Assembly (NCBI RefSeq): GCF_006345805.1
Contig: NW_021826589.1
Location: 1 to 12,291, forward strand
Length of the DNA: 12,291 bases
Origin: Octopus sinensis
Lineage: Eukaryota
Direction of reading: 5' to 3'
The position numbers and the translations under genes are program-made. How positions within the stretch are numbered: the stretch's first letter is position 1; each line of letters starts with the position of its first letter. Positions 8,195-12,291 of the stretch are shown here, piece by piece. Below the pieces are notes generated by a model. The model saw only the letters and a program-made list of their open reading frames with translations, was not told the origin of the DNA and did no database searches.

Positions 8195-8680
8195 TGCATA
8201 GGGCGGCCCTGTACCTGTTCCTTAAACAAGGAGGACGTGATCTGAAACAAATTGAATGCTTCTAGGAAATAACAAATGTTGGACAGCACAAGTGCTTAGA
8301 AACAAAGAACGAAAGATTCATAAATGTAATAAAAAAACACGAAAAGAACAAAAAAACTGTTCTCAATACACTCGGAAACGATGAAATACAAAGACATGGA
8401 TTATATAGGAACAATAATTTTAGATAATAGAACAACAGGAACGGTAAAATATACAAAACAAATATGAAAATAAAAATACAAAACCTGAAGAAATGAAAGA
8501 AAAAAAAAACGTTTCATGGTCGATATCTTGAAAGGCTCGAAAGAAAAGAAATATGCCAAAGTGAAAGTCAACAATGGCTCAAAAGCTCTGACCTAAAAGC
8601 AGAAACAGCGGGACTGAATTTTGCACTGCGAGAATAATGTTTGACCACAAACAACTATAAAAATTAGAAATATTGAATTT
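8195..8680 (+). mobile_element. Degenerate R4/Dong-type non-LTR ORF fragment, post-RT region
   Basis: LYLFLKQGGRDL (8209-8244; cf. LY..R..GGRGL), FHGRY (8512-8526) and QQWLKSSDLKAETAG (8569-8613; cf. WL..G.LK.ETEG), with stops and frameshifts. Confidence 0.8.
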
Positions 8681-8919
8681 CTAAATGTCTTAGAGAGACA
8701 TGATCCGTGGTGGAGCGATATAGTGGTCGTATACTGTCAACTCAATGTGACAGTCTCGTAAGGGAAGTACACCACCGTCATTTAGCCCTAGGAAACATCG
8801 ACGTCTCCTGTCGGCTTTGACACATTTTCTGTGTCCTTATATTTGCAAAGGGGAGGCAATCACCCCCGCCAGCTAGGACTAAGCACCTGAAGACATATGT
8901 TTCTGAGTTTATTGCTCGT

Positions 8920-9218
8920 CGTCAGTCCATAAAAATAAAATCATGAAAATGGATCCAAACACAAAATGGAGTACAAGGATATAGTTGACTACATCATGGC
9001 TGATTGCTAAGCCCTTGTCAAATCTGAGTATACACACAAGCATGTTCGTATTGCCAGCAACATCCACTGGGCAATAAGCTGACGCTTCAATGAGACACCA
9101 AGTGGTACAACCGTGCACCGGACACTGCGTTTGAGTACGATCTGGTCGCAATAATCTGGGTTATGTCCACTCTAACTGACAAAAAAAGATCAAGGTGAAC
9201 TGTCCTGACATAATAATG
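8920..9218 (+). mobile_element. Degenerate R4/Dong-type fragment: decayed zinc-knuckle region to RLE PD motif
   Basis: EYTHKHVRI (9026-9052; cf. EY..RHD), IHW (9062-9070), KWYNRAP (9100-9120), IIW and KIKVNCPDII (9186-9215), across frameshifts. Confidence 0.75.
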
Positions 9219-9220
9219 GT

Positions 9221-9613
9221 TACAAATATTGCCACAAGGCCAGGAATATCGGGGGAGGGGGTAAATCGATTACATCGACCCCAGTGTCCAACTGGTATTT
9301 ATCTTATCGACCGCGGATGGATAAAAACCAGAGTCGACCTCGGCAGAATTTGAACTCGGAACATAAAGAAGGACGAAATACCTATTTCTTTACTGCCCAC
9401 AAGGGGCTACACACAGAGGGGACCAACAAGGACAGACAAACGCATTAAGTCGATTATATCAACCCCAGTGCGTAACTGGTACTTATTTAATCGACCCCGA
9501 AAGGATGAAATGTATAGTTGACCTCGGCGGAATTTGAACTCAGAACGTAACGGCAGACGAAATACGGCTACGCATTTCGCCCGGCGTGCTAACGATTCTG
9601 CCAACTCGCCGCC
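9221..9613 (-). mobile_element. SINE family B dimer: a full unit with head (9383-9613) followed by a headless unit with a different 3' tail (9221-9382)
   Basis: Same core and B box as 6748-7334; junction GAAATACC|TATTTCTTTAC at 9375-9393. Confidence 0.85.
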
Positions 9614-9635
9614 TTATTAATGATAAAGATAATTA

Positions 9636-9846
9636 TTTCTACTAAAGGCACAAGGCCTGAAATTTACAAGGAGAGGGCTAGTTGATTACATCGATCCCAG
9701 TGTTTTACTGGTACTTCATTTATCGATCCCGAAAGAATAAAAGCAAAGTCGAATTCGGTGGAATTTGAACTCAGAACATAGAGACAGGTGAAATACCACT
9801 AAGCATTTCGCCCACCGTGCTAACTATTCCGCCAGGTTTCTACCTT
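9636..9846 (-). mobile_element. SINE family B monomer, diverged, with second tail type
   Basis: Contains the core, the B box (GGAATTTGAACTC on plus) and a degenerate head; tail CCTTGTGCCTTTAGTAGAAA. Confidence 0.8.
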
Positions 9847-9869
9847 AATAATAATAAATAATAATAATA

Positions 9870-9902
<33 letters not shown>

Positions 9903-9913
9903 TATAATAATTA
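9847..9913. repeat. (AAT)n tract forming the tail of the adjacent SINE
   Basis: Directly visible. Confidence 0.9.
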
Positions 9914-9915
9914 TG

Positions 9916-10125
9916 TTTTCTACTCTTGGCACAAGGCTCGAAATTTTGGGGGAGGGGCTAGTCGATTAGATCGACCCCAGTACGCAACTAGTATTTAATT
10001 TGTCGACCCCGAAAGGATGAAAGGCAAAGTCGACCTCGGCGGAATTTGAACTCAGAACGTAGCGACGGGCGAAATGCCGCTAAGCATTTTGCCCAGCGTG
10101 TTAACGATTCTGTCAGCTTGCCGCC
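9916..10125 (-). mobile_element. SINE family B monomer with second tail type
   Basis: Complete head (GGCGGCAAGCTGACAGAATCG), B box and core; tail CCTTGTGCCAAGAGTAGAAAAC followed by (ATT)n. Confidence 0.85.
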
Positions 10126-10139
10126 TTTTCTGCCAGCTA

Positions 10140-10335
10140 CCTTGTGAGCATGGTATCTCGGCAAAAGAATATGATAAACTCTGAAAGTATAAAGATTTGC
10201 TAATCGAAATCGTAAAGATGTGGCATCTCAAGACGGTTACAATACCAGTGATTGTCGGAGCAATTCGAATGAGAAGAAAAGGAACTGAAAATTATTTTAA
10301 AATGATCCCTGGTTTACACAAACTATACGAAGAAA
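10140..10335 (+). mobile_element. Degenerate R4/Dong-type fragment: C-terminal half of the RLE domain
   Basis: PCEHGISAKEYDKL*KYKDLLIEIVKMWHLKTVTIPVIVGAI matches K..EK..KY.DL..E..RMW......PV.VGALG. Confidence 0.85.
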
Positions 10336-10521
10336 TTAGAGGGCAGAATATAGGCTCAGTGATACACACAGATATAGATAGATAGATAGGTAGATACATA
10401 GATATATTTATATATATATATATATAGAGAGAGAGAAGGAGAAAGAGGGAGACAGATAGATATATACTTCTCTATTCCCTACGATATTAAGCCTTCCACT
10501 TTTGTCGTCATACATGGTCTG

Positions 10522-10546
10522 TAGATAGATAGATAGATAGATAGAC

Positions 10547-10621
<75 letters not shown>

Positions 10622-10622
10622 C

Positions 10623-10676
<54 letters not shown>

Positions 10677-10681
10677 ATAGA
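10522..10681. repeat. (GATA)n tetranucleotide microsatellite; smaller GATA/TA/GA tract at 10370-10460
   Basis: Directly visible. Confidence 0.95.
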
Positions 10682-10732
10682 CTTGTGAATTTTCTTTCCT
10701 TTTCTCCCCTTTATTTTTTCCTTTTTTTTTCT

Positions 10733-10843
10733 CTAGGCCTACCAATGCATACAGTGCGTTTCTCTGCCCTAGGTGTCAGGAGGATACTCGGCAAGACATG
10801 GAGACGGAACTGAAAGAAGATGATAATGAAAATAATAATAATA
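10733..10843 (+). mobile_element. Probable extreme 3' end of an RLE non-LTR element with short (AAT)n tail
   Basis: [12 protein letters not shown] resembles the terminal ALLGTARILRK motif; followed by a stop and AATAATAATAAT. The match is short and diverged. Confidence 0.4.
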
Positions 10844-10851
10844 GTTTCGTA

Positions 10852-11110
10852 TTAAGGAAGGCAAAGGTAGAATATCAGTTCAGAAATGGTAAGGGGAAAA
10901 TTAACCTTTTGCTCTAACATGGATGATCTGAAGCTTTTTAGTAAAAATGAAAAACAAGTAGATTCCTTAATACAGATTGTAAGACTCTTCGGCAAAGATA
11001 TAGGCATAGAATTTGGCCTGGATAAGTATGCAATATTAGTCATGAAAAGGGGACAAGTAGTCAACAGTGAAGGAATCTAATTATCAGATGGCTAGACATT
11101 AAAAATCATT
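10852..11110 (+). mobile_element. Degenerate R4/Dong-type reverse transcriptase fragment (domains 5-7)
   Basis: LRKAKVEYQF..KINLLL, then a +1 frameshift (ctc taac atg), then MDDLKLFSKNEKQVDSLIQIVRLFGKDIGIEFGLDKYAILVMKRG; MDD starts at 10919. Confidence 0.9.
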
Positions 11111-11220
11111 AAAAGAAGAGAGATAATGGAGAAAACCACTACCCCAAATCTCCCTGAGCGCCAAGGGTGGGTGCCCTCTCCAATTCCTGTTTTCTGACTC
11201 ACAGATGTCGAAGTGATAGC

Positions 11221-11313
11221 GGAGCAACCTGAGATGAAGTGTTTTGCTCAAAAACCGAACGGGCAACCCGGTCCAGGAATTGAACCCACGGTTTCGCGAT
11301 CGTAAGTGCAACA
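11221..11313 (-). mobile_element. SINE family C 5' fragment, diverged
   Basis: Minus strand: GGGTTCAATTCC (B box) then TTTGAGCAAAACACTTCATCTCAGGTTGCTCC, homologous to 6587-6691 and 8029-8175. Confidence 0.65.
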
Positions 11314-11318
11314 TTAGC

Positions 11319-11470
11319 TCATTGGTCAGTCTAGGACTAAAATAGAAGACACTTGCCCAATGTACCACGCAGTGGGACTGACCCCGAAGCCGCGTGGTTG
11401 CAAAGCGAATCTCTTAACCACACAGCCATGTTTGCACTAGACATGCCTACGCCCAGCCATACCTGCGCCT
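11319..11470 (-). mobile_element. SINE family A 5' fragment (head and core)
   Basis: Collinear with 3020-3140 (ATAGAAGACACTTGCCCAA..CCACGCAGTGGGACTGA..GTGGTTG..ACCACACAGCCA). Confidence 0.8.
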
Positions 11471-11631
11471 ACTCCTGCCCTCTTCTTCCCTCGCCTGTGC
11501 TTGTCTTATTCTTAAACGGCCCTTGGATATTACGATAAACAACTCGAGAATTCATCAGGATTTGAACTTAGTCTCTAAAGAGCTGCTACTAAATAACCTA
11601 ATCCACTGATTTTTATTTTACATCAACTAAT

Positions 11632-12215
11632 ACCACCACCATTACCACCGCTACCACCACCATCACCACCACTACCATTACTACCGCTACCACCACCACC
11701 AACACCACCAACACCACCAACACCACCACCACCGCCACCACCACCATCACTACCATCATCGCCATTACCATCACCACCGCCAACACCACCACCACCACTA
11801 CCATCACTACCGTCACCACCACCACACACCACCACCACACACCACCACCACCACCACCACCACCACCACTACCACTACCATCACAACTGCCACCACCACC
11901 ATCACTACCATCATCACCACTACCATCACCACCACCACCGCCAAAAACACCACCACCACCGCCAAAACCACCACCACCACTACCATCACTACCGCCACCA
12001 CCACCACACACCACCACCACACACCACCACCACACACCACCACCACCACCGCTACTACCACCACCACTACCACCACCGCCACTACCATCACCACCGCCAC
12101 CACCACCACTACCATCCCCACCACCATCGTCACTACCATCACCACCACCACCACTACCGTCACCAACACCACACACACCACCACCACCACCACCACCAAC
12201 ACAGCCACCGCCACT
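11632..12215. repeat. Compound (ACC)n/(ACT)/(ATC) trinucleotide array
   Basis: Directly visible; source of the poly-Gly/poly-Val ORFs. Confidence 0.95.
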
Positions 12216-12291
12216 AGAAAGTAGTAACACGTTCTTTCGCCCCTCTTCCCTTAATCTCCCCACCAACACAAATGATGATGATGATGAAGAG

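Noticed and set aside
8700-8800. Possible HDV-like ribozyme on the minus strand (GTGGTG...CACCAC followed by GG)
   Set aside because: P1 plus GG is suggestive, but I could not place a convincing P2, P3/L3 or catalytic C in the right order.
11530-11620. Possible highly decayed family B SINE head (GGATTTGAACTTAG)
   Set aside because: Only the B-box-like 14-mer matches, which is too little to call.
11613-12269. 218-aa Gly/Val-rich ORF resembling a glycine-rich structural protein
   Set aside because: Translation of the (ACC)n array; all three minus frames are open for the same reason, and the frame drifts between Gly and Val runs.

Overview
Repeat-saturated eukaryotic genomic DNA with no recognisable host protein-coding gene. 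The SINE families and the very high microsatellite density look like an octopus/cephalopod genome; this is recognition from memory, not a database search. The window contains: (1) a decayed, 5'-truncated CR1/L2-group LINE reverse transcriptase (1-1465, minus); (2) several decayed plus-strand fragments of restriction-like-endonuclease (R4/Dong-type) non-LTR retrotransposons (7945-11110), one apparently split by a nested cluster of four SINEs; (3) about 16 pieces of three tRNA-derived SINE families, including a head-to-tail trimer bounded by a 22-bp target-site duplication; (4) many long micro/minisatellites, which account for almost all ORFs in the supplied track. The most interesting region is 3345-3927. 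It holds a minimal type-I hammerhead-ribozyme-like motif on the plus strand and a 92-bp-arm foldback whose loop carries a second minimal hammerhead-like motif on the minus strand with a compensatory G3:C8 core swap. This arrangement resembles non-autonomous Penelope-like/retrozyme-type elements. Ribozyme activity is untested.
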